Virus record (IMG/VR): IMGVR_UViG_3300032268_000986
Location: 278,866 to 342,865 of that record
Strand: one strand, 5' to 3'
Length of the DNA stretch: 64,000 bases
The notes under the pieces: model-generated
Databases searched by the model: none
What the model was told of the DNA's origin: nothing
The model's input: the letters and a program-made list of their open reading frames with translations, nothing else
Part shown: positions 55,855 to 63,918 of the stretch, piece after piece
How the letters are laid out: each line of letters opens with the position of its first letter
Position numbering within the stretch: the first letter of the stretch is position 1
Translations under genes and position numbers: made by a program

Positions 55855-57066
55855 TTAAAACGTTCCGCCATCAATCTGCTGGTCGTCGTTTGTCATTTTT
55901 ATCCATGGGGTCCAGGCCGCCGCCCAATAATTTCTTGTAAATTCAATTTTTACATTTTCAAAATTATCAATTGTGCCTGGATAGAATGTTTGGGAAACAG
56001 CTACATTTCCTGCTACTGCACTGTTCTTGACTTCAAGCAAGCCCACATACACCAAACTGTCCAGAGGAGGGCCAGTTACACCACCCCAATTTGTTCTATT
56101 TACCGTATAAGTGCCCATTTGCAGCAGCACATCCCAATTTGATGTATCTCCACCACGGTTGACCATGGTCTCAGTAAGGCCTGTGCCTGAGCCCACAAAG
56201 CTGCCGCCGGAAACCACATTTCCAACCACAGTCACACTGTTGGCAGTTTTATTAAAGGTAAATCCTGCAGATGCTGTGGCTACACCACTGTCGTTAAACA
56301 CAACCCCAGTGTTGGCTCCAGATATAGAAATATTGCCAGAGATGTTGCCCACAAATGTGTTGGCGGTGACAACGTTGGCGGTGACATTGCCCGTAACGTC
56401 AATTGATCCAACGACTGTTAATCCTTGCTCAACATTTAACCCGTCTGCTATGTTGACAAAACTTGAATCATCAGACTTGATGTCGTTGGTCACAATCTGA
56501 GGTGCTGTGACTGTGCCACTTACGTCAAGTCCTAGGGTAGTGAACTCAGCAACATTGACTGAATTAACTTCAACAAATATGTTGCCGTTGTTTGATGGGA
56601 TTGATACACTGCTGTTGCCGTTGTTAATGGAAGATCCGCCCGAAACCACAACTCCGGTCAAGGCACGACCATTACCAACAAAGTACCCCGAAGTTGTGAT
56701 ATTGCCCGGGGCATAGATTTCACCGCGAGATTCAATATCATTGGCTACAACATCTCCATAAATGTTGAGACTAGAGTTGATGATGCCAGAAATTGCCAAG
56801 TTGCCACTGATGTTTGCATTGCCTGTTGCAATGTTTGCTGTGGAAACATTGCCAGAAAAACTTGCATTTCCAGCAGTGACGTTGCCACTGGCACTGAGCG
56901 TGGTAAAACTGGCTGCTGCCGGGGCGGTGTTGCCAATGACTATGCCGTTGATGGCACCTTGTGGTTGCAGGCGCCAGGCTTGACCAGTCCAGATCCATGA
57001 CTTACCAGCAAAGGTGTAAATATCACCTGATGTTGGGTTCGTTGGAAAATTTAAAGTTAATGCCAT
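55855..57066 (-). CDS. Fibre-like protein (403 aa)
   Basis: LNFPTNPT.G..YT..GKSW.W.G..W N-terminus, GN repeats, C-terminal gp12/pyocin-knob-like segment (QTFY...WTPW), ends IDGGTF; leaderless late promoter at 57073-57079. Confidence 0.75.
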   Translation of the reverse strand: MALTLNFPTNPTSGDIYTFAGKSWIWTGQAWRLQPQGAINGIVIGNTAPAAASFTTLSASGNVTAGNASFSGNVSTANIATGNANISGNLAISGIINSSLNIYGDVVANDIESRGEIYAPGNITTSGYFVGNGRALTGVVVSGGSSINNGNSSVSIPSNNGNIFVEVNSVNVAEFTTLGLDVSGTVTAPQIVTNDIKSDDSSFVNIADGLNVEQGLTVVGSIDVTGNVTANVVTANTFVGNISGNISISGANTGVVFNDSGVATASAGFTFNKTANSVTVVGNVVSGGSFVGSGTGLTETMVNRGGDTSNWDVLLQMGTYTVNRTNWGGVTGPPLDSLVYVGLLEVKNSAVAGNVAVSQTFYPGTIDNFENVKIEFTRNYWAAAWTPWIKMTNDDQQIDGGTF

Positions 57067-57085
57067 AGTGAATATTTAGTGAAAA

Positions 57086-57784
57086 TCATGCTGGTGTAAT
57101 TGTTGCCAGGCCATTGGTGTTTCTCCACACCGATGTTGGTGTAGATCCCGTGGCCACATAAATGGTCCAGTTGTCAGTGCTGACCACTACTCGACCAAGC
57201 ACTTTTCCAATGGTATTGACTGTGGCAGCAGCATTGCCAATCATGACGTTGGTTGAGGTGTCTAGAACAGAGGCAGATGCTGGAGAACTAAAACTTTGAT
57301 AAGCCTCCATTTCTGCCCACTGATTGCTTGTGTTGTCATTGAAATAGATGTACTGCACACCAGTGTCACTTTCAATCCAGACATCACCAATGTTGGCTGG
57401 GTTTGGGGCAAACTGGCTGAATGTGACCTGGCTGCCACCGCCACCACCTGAAATACCAGTTAGAAATGCGCCATTACCATAGAAGTATTGAGCACGTACA
57501 CTACCAAACAGCTTGTCTGGAGTACCAAGATCATACACCCCGCTGATGCCTGGATTTATAGTGCTGTTGACTTGAATATTGCCAATGCCATTGGCCTGCA
57601 ATATCAGTTCATTGTTGTAACCCCGGACTGTGATTGTGTTGTTGGCAATGACAACATTGCTGTCCACTGGTCCTGATGACCAAATTGCCGTGAAGTTGTT
57701 GTTTACTGCATCAAATGCAGCACGTAGAGATTCGCCTGTGCCGTCATTGGCCACTAGGCCTGTGTTGATTATTTGTTGAGTCAT
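57086..57784 (-). CDS. Fibre/baseplate-attachment protein
   Basis: QQIINTGLVANDGTGESLR.AF..VN.NF motif typical of T4-like baseplate/fibre proteins; P.P..GDVW.ESDTG. Confidence 0.7.
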   Translation of the reverse strand: MTQQIINTGLVANDGTGESLRAAFDAVNNNFTAIWSSGPVDSNVVIANNTITVRGYNNELILQANGIGNIQVNSTINPGISGVYDLGTPDKLFGSVRAQYFYGNGAFLTGISGGGGGSQVTFSQFAPNPANIGDVWIESDTGVQYIYFNDNTSNQWAEMEAYQSFSSPASASVLDTSTNVMIGNAAATVNTIGKVLGRVVVSTDNWTIYVATGSTPTSVWRNTNGLATITPA

Positions 57785-57793
57785 GAAGTCTCT

Positions 57794-57820
57794 GGGTCCT
57801 TGGTATATTTACCAGAACCC
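57794..57820 (-). promoter_or_regulatory. Late promoter GTAAATA in a hairpin that sequesters the SD
   Basis: Minus strand GGGTTC-TGGTA-AATA-TACCA-A-GGACCC; the AAGGA SD is in the 3' arm. Confidence 0.6.
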
Positions 57821-57826
57821 AAAGGC

Positions 57827-60793
57827 TTATGCTCGACCCACAACTACTTCAATTACACCAGTTGAACCTGAAAAATTAGCCAGTGCTTTGCCAATAATGG
57901 TTCCTGGAAGAGGATTTGATTCTGCTCGAGCCAGTCCATGACCAGCAGACACCAACAAATCACCTTTGGTAACAGGGCCTTGAATCTTGCAGGGTACTCG
58001 ACCTGCCAGAGCTACAATTGCCACATGCTCGGCTTGCAGCATTGAATTCATAACAAAACTGGGTTTTTCTGAAATCACCCCGGCTACTCGATGATCACTG
58101 TCGATTGCAGAAACTGTGACTTCTTCTGCGCCGCCAAAAACTACAACAGTACCTGTTTCGTACCGAGCATCTGATGCATATAATTCTGCCAAGTCAGCGT
58201 ATTGTGCCGATGTTGCCTTGGCAAATATGGTGTTGAAGTACAGTGAAGAACTACCAATGTTGCCTACGCCATTGCCGTTGCTGTTGACAATGTTGCCCGC
58301 TGTAATTGTACCAGTGCCGACACTGAGGTTACCACCAGTGATATTGCCCGTGACACTTATTGTGGTACCAGTTAGATTACCAACCAAGGTACCAATGATG
58401 TTGCCACCAGTGATGTTGCCTGTAACACTGACAGTGGTACCTGTGTGAGTTGTAGCATTGACGTTGGCACCACCCAGAATATTACCACCCGTGATGTTGC
58501 CTGTAACACTGACAGTGGTACCTGTGTGAGTTGTAGCATTGACGTTGGCACCACCCAGAATATTACCACCCGTGATGTTGCCTGTGACACTGACAGTTGT
58601 ACCTGTGTGTGTAGTGGCATTGACGTTGGCACCACCTAGTATGTTACCACCAGTGATGTTGCCTGTAACACTGACAGTGGTACCTGTGTGAGTTGTAGCA
58701 TTGACGTTGGCACCACCTAGAATATTACCACCAGTGATGTTACCAGTAACGCTTACTGTGGTACCAGTTAGGTTACCAACATGAGTACCAATGATGTTAC
58801 CACCAGTGATGTTGCCCAATGCACTGATTGTTCCTGTACTGCCAATTATAGTGGCATTGGCAGTTACAATATTACCACCTGTGATGTTGCCTGTGGCTGA
58901 TATCAAGCCACCAGTTAAGATATTGCCACCTGTGATGTTGCCACTTAGCGATGCTGTTGTGCCAGTATGTGTGGTGGCATTGACATTTGCGCCACCCAGA
59001 ATATTACCACCTGTGATGTTGCCCAATACACTGATTGTTCCTGTACTGCCAATTATTGTGGCATTAGCAGTAACCAAGTTACCACCGGTGACGTTACCTG
59101 ATGCACTTACAGTGGTTGCTGATACGTTGCCTACCAAAGGACCATAGAACGCTGCTGCGGTAATGTTTCCGCTGGCACTGACACGTCCAATGTTGACATT
59201 ACCGGTGCCATTGGGTGTGAGCACAATATTGGCATTAGCTGCTGTGGTTTGTATGTCCAGTTGTGCTGAGTCAAGAATAGCTCCTGAAATCAGCAAGTTG
59301 CCGCCAGTGACGTTGCCCGTGACTGATACTGCGGTCAACGTACCAACTGATGTGATGTTGGGCTGAGCGTTTGTTGTGACTGTGCCAGCTGTGGTTGCTG
59401 ACGTTGCTGACGTAGCCGTTGTAGCCGATGTAGCACTTGCTACAGCACCAGTGACGTTGCCCCCAGGAATAGAAGTTAGTCCTGACCCTGACCCAAAGAA
59501 ATTTGCCGCAGTAATATTTCCAGCTGCACTTACTAATCCAGCTGTGGTCACATTGCCAGCAATGACATTGCCTGTGACTGAGTTAAGTCCAGTTACTGTG
59601 ACACCCACATTGGATATTACCATTACATTAGATGTACCAGCAACAGCGGCAGTGATGTTGCCGTTGGTTTGAGAAACTGCCAATAGTGTAGTACCATTGG
59701 CAATTTGAGTAACAGCCACGTTACTGGTTGCTGTTACGTTGGATAAGAATCCGCCATCACCCACAAAGTATTTGCCGGCTTGAACTGTGACGTTACCAGT
59801 TGACGATACTGCACCGGTAGACACTGTGCCTAGAGTGGTGATATTTCCACCAGTTACTGTGCCTGTGGCCGATACTGCACCGGTAGTAAAGACATTGCCA
59901 GCATTGATATCTGAATTTGCTGTTACATAAGCTGCAATTAGATTTCCATTTATGTTTAACGCAGTGCCAGTGTAATTTGTAGCTGATACGTTGCCGCCAG
60001 TGATGTTGCCTGTGGCTGATATTAGGCCAGCTGTCAATATATTGCCACCTGTGACGTTGCCACTTAATGACGCAGTTGTGCCTGTATGTGTAGTGGCGTT
60101 GACATTGGCACCACCCAAGATGTTGCCACCAGTGATGTTGCCAGTAGCTGAGATCAACCCACTTGTGATTAAATTACCACCTGTGATGTTGCCGCTAAGT
60201 GATGCAGTTGTACCTGTGTGTGTGGTGGCATTGACGTTTGCGCCGCCCAGAATGTTGCCACCAGTGATGTTGCCTGTGGCTGAGATCAATCCAGCAGTGA
60301 TGACGTTGCCACCAGTGACGTTGCCACCAGCACTTACTTGGCCACCTGTTCTTAAATTACCACCTGTGACGTTGCCACTCAGTGATGCTGTGGTACCTGT
60401 ATGGGTAGTTGCATTGACGTTGGCACCACCTAGAATATTGCCACCCGTGATGTTGCCAGTGGCACTGACAACTCCGCCTGTTCTTAAATTACCACCTGTA
60501 ACGTTGCCTGTGGCACTGATTAATCCTGTGACATATTCTCCAGTAGTGGCCCAGACCACCACATTTCCCGTTCCACCAATTCCCACTGTGATATTGCCGT
60601 CAGCGGTGCCCACGTTGACGTTGCTGGTACCGTTGAAAATTCGAGTAACACTGATGTTACCAGCAATACTGGTGTTGCCTGAAATTGACAGGTCGCCGGT
60701 AACGACCACTGTGGTGGATTGCAAGGTAATTGTGTTACCTGCTCCTAGAGTTTGAATAGTGTAATTGCCGGCGACACGTTTGGCGGTTGTCAT
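57827..60793 (-). CDS. Tail fibre (988 aa) of GN(I/V)TGGN repeats with Peptidase_G2-like C-terminal chaperone
   Basis: Repeats throughout; YADLAELYASDARY..GTVV.FGG..EVT...RVAGV...VALAGRVPCK; late promoter at 60811-60817. Confidence 0.85.
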   Translation of the reverse strand: MTTAKRVAGNYTIQTLGAGNTITLQSTTVVVTGDLSISGNTSIAGNISVTRIFNGTSNVNVGTADGNITVGIGGTGNVVVWATTGEYVTGLISATGNVTGGNLRTGGVVSATGNITGGNILGGANVNATTHTGTTASLSGNVTGGNLRTGGQVSAGGNVTGGNVITAGLISATGNITGGNILGGANVNATTHTGTTASLSGNITGGNLITSGLISATGNITGGNILGGANVNATTHTGTTASLSGNVTGGNILTAGLISATGNITGGNVSATNYTGTALNINGNLIAAYVTANSDINAGNVFTTGAVSATGTVTGGNITTLGTVSTGAVSSTGNVTVQAGKYFVGDGGFLSNVTATSNVAVTQIANGTTLLAVSQTNGNITAAVAGTSNVMVISNVGVTVTGLNSVTGNVIAGNVTTAGLVSAAGNITAANFFGSGSGLTSIPGGNVTGAVASATSATTATSATSATTAGTVTTNAQPNITSVGTLTAVSVTGNVTGGNLLISGAILDSAQLDIQTTAANANIVLTPNGTGNVNIGRVSASGNITAAAFYGPLVGNVSATTVSASGNVTGGNLVTANATIIGSTGTISVLGNITGGNILGGANVNATTHTGTTASLSGNITGGNILTGGLISATGNITGGNIVTANATIIGSTGTISALGNITGGNIIGTHVGNLTGTTVSVTGNITGGNILGGANVNATTHTGTTVSVTGNITGGNILGGANVNATTHTGTTVSVTGNITGGNILGGANVNATTHTGTTVSVTGNITGGNILGGANVNATTHTGTTVSVTGNITGGNIIGTLVGNLTGTTISVTGNITGGNLSVGTGTITAGNIVNSNGNGVGNIGSSSLYFNTIFAKATSAQYADLAELYASDARYETGTVVVFGGAEEVTVSAIDSDHRVAGVISEKPSFVMNSMLQAEHVAIVALAGRVPCKIQGPVTKGDLLVSAGHGLARAESNPLPGTIIGKALANFSGSTGVIEVVVGRA
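58410..58733 (-). repeat. Four tandem 81-bp (27-aa) coding repeats
   Basis: Units start at 58410, 58491, 58572 and 58653; the first two are identical. Peptide GNITGGNILGGANVNATTHTGTTVSVT. Confidence 0.9.
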
Positions 60794-61381
60794 TTAGAGT
60801 TCCTTTGTGTTATTTATTCGGTTTAGGAAGTCTTCCATTTGCATATTGGCCAGGTTTTTTATCTTTTGAAGTTCGGGTATGTTGGCAGTGGTGGGGCCAA
60901 ACACACGAAAGAAGTTGGTATTGGAAAAATCTCCAGCAACAGTTTTTATCTGTCGCGCCCAGTTGCCAGTGTATGTGGGAACATCTGCGCTTTTTTTGTA
61001 AAATTCAGTGTCAGCGTAACAGTTGTTGAATTTGCCAGTGACCGTGGGTCCCATGTCAAATCCCAACAGGTACACTGCTCGATTGCCGGCCAAGGCTGCC
61101 AGAGCCACTGCAATTGGCCCTGAACTGAATCCGTAATACTGCTGTGGCACTGGTTTTGCTGCCAAGTGAGGCAGAGGTTTTCTGGTGTAAAACTCATGTT
61201 GTTTTGGATAACCTGAGTGTTGTATCTGTTCGCTGATGGGACGGTCTGTGCTGACCAAGACATCAGGTGCAAACTCTCGGTACAAGGCATTGCAGCCGTA
61301 CACCGGCCCCAGCCCTTGCAGCGTGGCTAGATTAACTGCTTGACGACTCACGCCGTTGCCCAAAACAAATGCTCTACTCAT
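60794..61381 (-). CDS. Maf (MAF_flag10/DUF115)/CstII-like glycosyltransferase domain protein
   Basis: AFVLGNG.S, VYGCNA.Y....PD.L...D, SSG..A..LA...G...VYLLGFD. Confidence 0.6.
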   Translation of the reverse strand: MSRAFVLGNGVSRQAVNLATLQGLGPVYGCNALYREFAPDVLVSTDRPISEQIQHSGYPKQHEFYTRKPLPHLAAKPVPQQYYGFSSGPIAVALAALAGNRAVYLLGFDMGPTVTGKFNNCYADTEFYKKSADVPTYTGNWARQIKTVAGDFSNTNFFRVFGPTTANIPELQKIKNLANMQMEDFLNRINNTKEL

Positions 61382-61386
61382 AGAAA

Positions 61387-61413
61387 ATCCTCTCTGTATG
61401 TACCAGAGAGGAT
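61387..61413 (-). promoter_or_regulatory. 10-bp hairpin sequestering the SD, with a late-promoter-like loop (GTACATA)
   Basis: Minus strand ATCCTCTCTG-GTACATA-CAGAGAGGAT-TTTCT-ATG. Confidence 0.65.
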
Positions 61414-61430
61414 CTCAGGGCTAAATCAAA

Positions 61431-62252
61431 TTAGCTGGTGACTTTGTCAACTTGCGCCAATTGCAAGCTGCCGTTTTGAGCTTCAGCACCTGCAATGATT
61501 TCAGCGCCAGACCATGTGACTGTGCCTTCATCAGTGAAGAAGTTAACAGGGTAGAAGTTTTCGCTGCTTTGTACATTGGTACCAAGATTGCTGTCACTGT
61601 AGTTGCCGTAAGTCATGCCATTCCAGTCACGTACCCACTTGTTGGTGATGTAACTGGCGTACACAGCAGAACTGTCGCCTACTGAATAAGCGATACTCAT
61701 GAAACCAGCAGCAGGAGTGGCGGTGTTTGACAACACGCATTGTCCAACAGGATATGCTGTGCCTGTACCAGCACCCACTGCTGTGGCTGTGAATACATCA
61801 CCCAATGCATAATCTACGCCGGCACCGCAAGCTGCCCAGTCAGTTGTTCCAACTGAGGCAATTTGATATGCTTGACCCACAATCAACGATTCATCTGCAG
61901 TGGTGGCAGCAGTGTAAGCCACCAAGAACTTGTGCGAACCTTTTTGTCTGATAATGCGACCAGCTCCTGCAGTTGTGTTGGTACCATCTGCCAAACTGAT
62001 GTTGACCACAGCAGCAATTTCTGGAAATGTTGGTGTTGGAGTCGAAGTTGCTGGAGAACCACCCACCACGCCCAGAAAATCTGTGGCGCTGAGTGTGTTG
62101 GCACTGTTGTAAACTGGATTGGTCAAGCTACCAAAGTTGGGGTAACCTGCATCAGTAAGAACGGTTTGATTGTATGTGGTCACTGGTGGTGTGCCACTAA
62201 CGACGGTTCCAGAACCAACGTTGTTTTTTTGAATTTTGAGAGCTCTTCCCAT
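61431..62252 (-). CDS. Late, probably virion structural, protein
   Basis: 273 aa, Gly/Ala/Thr-rich, IIRQKGSHKFLV motif, AAGGAG SD, late promoter at 62337-62343. Confidence 0.7.
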   Translation of the reverse strand: MGRALKIQKNNVGSGTVVSGTPPVTTYNQTVLTDAGYPNFGSLTNPVYNSANTLSATDFLGVVGGSPATSTPTPTFPEIAAVVNISLADGTNTTAGAGRIIRQKGSHKFLVAYTAATTADESLIVGQAYQIASVGTTDWAACGAGVDYALGDVFTATAVGAGTGTAYPVGQCVLSNTATPAAGFMSIAYSVGDSSAVYASYITNKWVRDWNGMTYGNYSDSNLGTNVQSSENFYPVNFFTDEGTVTWSGAEIIAGAEAQNGSLQLAQVDKVTS

Positions 62253-62257
62253 TTGAT

Positions 62258-62336
62258 TTCTCCTTATAGAAGCCCAATGCGGGTTCTAGCCGCTACGCAG
62301 TGGTGAGCTGCATAAGTCGCCCTATTGCGACAAGTG
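62258..62336 (-). ncRNA. Candidate structured 5' leader RNA (three hairpins)
   Basis: GTCGC/GCGAC, TATGCAG/CTGCGTA and TAGAA-CCC/GGG-C-TTCTA stems between the late promoter and the SD. Confidence 0.4.
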
Positions 62337-62392
62337 TATTTAGTTTGTTCAACAAATTTAAGCCGCTAGTCCGGGTTGTTGTAAATATCTGC

Positions 62393-63541
62393 ATGGACAT
62401 CAACTACCTCATCGACCAAGGCAATCAGCATCGGTCAAAACATGAACCTGAACAAGCACTGCATTGTTACGCCATGGCATTTGTAAGTGATCGCAATTCT
62501 GCTGCGGCCTTCAACAACTATGGAAATGTACTGAGAGAAATAGGCGAGCCTAGACGTGCTGTACCATTCTTACAAAACGCAATTGAACTTGATCCCAACA
62601 ACGTCACAGCTAGATTCAATCTAGCTGTGGCATACTTGCTCATGGGAGACTATGAAAAAGGCTGGCCAGCATACGAAACTCGTTGGCAGTATGAACATCT
62701 TGCCGGAACTGAGCCGCAGTTCTCTCAGCCTAGATGGCGTGGCGAGGATCTCAAGGGAAAAACCGTACTGGTTGTAGGCGAACAAGGCCACGGTGACAAT
62801 ATTCAGTTTGTGAGATTTGTATATAACCTTCATGTCATGGGTGCCAGAATCAAACTGCAAGTAACAGATGGGTTGATACCTCTGTTGAGCAACAGCGCCA
62901 TTATTGAGCAAGTGGGCAGCTACGTTGATGACATGGGAGAATTTGATTACTGGGTTCCCATCATGAGTCTACCGGGAATACTGGGTGTAACTCTTGACCG
63001 ATTGACTAGCACAGTGAGTTATCTTAATGCGCCAGACACAGTGTCTCAAGAATGGGTTCAACGACTGGGTGCCAAAACACGCATGAGAGTGGGCATTAGC
63101 TGGAGTGGTCGTAGAGACTCCTGGTTGAATCAACACAAATCAGTTCCGTTTCCAGTGGTGTTAGAAATGATTCGCAACAATCCGCAGTACGAATGGATCA
63201 ACCTGCAAGCAGATGCCAGCGATGATGAAGTTGTTGCATTGCAAGATGCCGGGGTGACCATGTTTCCCGGAGCTGTCAACAGCTTCCTGGACACAGCCGG
63301 ACTCATGTCACATTTGGATGTGGTAATTGGCGTTGATACCGCAGTGAGTCACTTGGCCGGAGCACTGGGTCGCTCGACCTGGATCATGCTCAACAACTAT
63401 GCCACAGACTGGCGTTGGTTACTGAATCGCGACAGTTCACCCTGGTACGGCACTGTGCGACTGTTCCGTCAACCTGCCATGGGAGATTGGACAAGTGTAA
63501 CCAAAAAGGTCAGCCAGTATCTCTCGTGGTTCAAAGTATAA
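62393..63541 (+). CDS. TPR-repeat + GT-B (GT9-like) glycosyltransferase
   Basis: Start revised to 62393 (GTAAATA at 62381-62387, then 5 nt). TPRs (AAFNNYGNVL, ARFNLA..YLL.G), EQG.GD.IQF.RF, VGISWSG, NLQ, F.DTA.L...LD.VI.VDTAV.HLAGALG, DWRW...SPWY. Confidence 0.88.
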   Translation: MDINYLIDQGNQHRSKHEPEQALHCYAMAFVSDRNSAAAFNNYGNVLREIGEPRRAVPFLQNAIELDPNNVTARFNLAVAYLLMGDYEKGWPAYETRWQYEHLAGTEPQFSQPRWRGEDLKGKTVLVVGEQGHGDNIQFVRFVYNLHVMGARIKLQVTDGLIPLLSNSAIIEQVGSYVDDMGEFDYWVPIMSLPGILGVTLDRLTSTVSYLNAPDTVSQEWVQRLGAKTRMRVGISWSGRRDSWLNQHKSVPFPVVLEMIRNNPQYEWINLQADASDDEVVALQDAGVTMFPGAVNSFLDTAGLMSHLDVVIGVDTAVSHLAGALGRSTWIMLNNYATDWRWLLNRDSSPWYGTVRLFRQPAMGDWTSVTKKVSQYLSWFKV

Positions 63542-63665
63542 CTTGCTATAATGCACATGTATACAATATAATATACACTACTAGCAAGGTCGTTAAACTA
63601 TATTATTGACCCCAACTACTCCTGGCATGACCAGCTTGGATGTTGGGGTTTTCTCTTGTTCGTGA

Positions 63666-63687
63666 AAAAGCCCCTTGCGGGGCTTTT
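63666..63687. terminator. Bidirectional rho-independent terminator
   Basis: AAAAGCCCC-TTGC-GGGGCTTTT between convergent genes, with T-tracts on both strands. Confidence 0.85.
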
Positions 63688-63690
63688 ATT

Positions 63691-63918
63691 TTACGCGGCG
63701 TCTACAAACTTTTTCAGTTCTTCGGCCTGGCTGATGATATCCGTGGTTGACGGGAAATCAGGCATGGTTGGAAACGGAAGGCTTGCACGATTAGCATCAG
63801 TCAGTTTGGAATGATATTCGTCGCTGAGTTTGCTGCGTTTTTCGTAAATTGGCGCTTGAAGAATTTCTTTGGCCAAGGTAAGAAGTTCGAGACGGATCTC
63901 GTAAGGTGTTTTGCTCAT
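63691..63918 (-). CDS. Small hypothetical phage protein
   Basis: 75 aa MSKTPYEIRLELL..AKE; AGGAG SD; structured CA-rich leader. Confidence 0.8.
   Translation of the reverse strand: MSKTPYEIRLELLTLAKEILQAPIYEKRSKLSDEYHSKLTDANRASLPFPTMPDFPSTTDIISQAEELKKFVDAA

Noticed and set aside
58410-58733. Regular repeats resembling a CRISPR array
   Set aside because: The units are contiguous 81-bp in-frame coding repeats with synonymous variation and no unique spacers; no cas genes.
45934-60755. Many long plus-strand ORFs (e.g. 50227-51240, 51247-51858, 59991-60755) with MLPPV/TLP repeats
   Set aside because: They are antisense shadows of the GN-repeat fibre genes. The repetitive codon pattern leaves the opposite frame stop-poor, and they have no SD or promoters.
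57827-60793. Ice-nucleation or antifreeze protein interpretation of the Thr-rich repeats
   Set aside because: It lacks the InaZ AGYGSTxT consensus, and the phage fibre chaperone domain and gene context explain the repeats.
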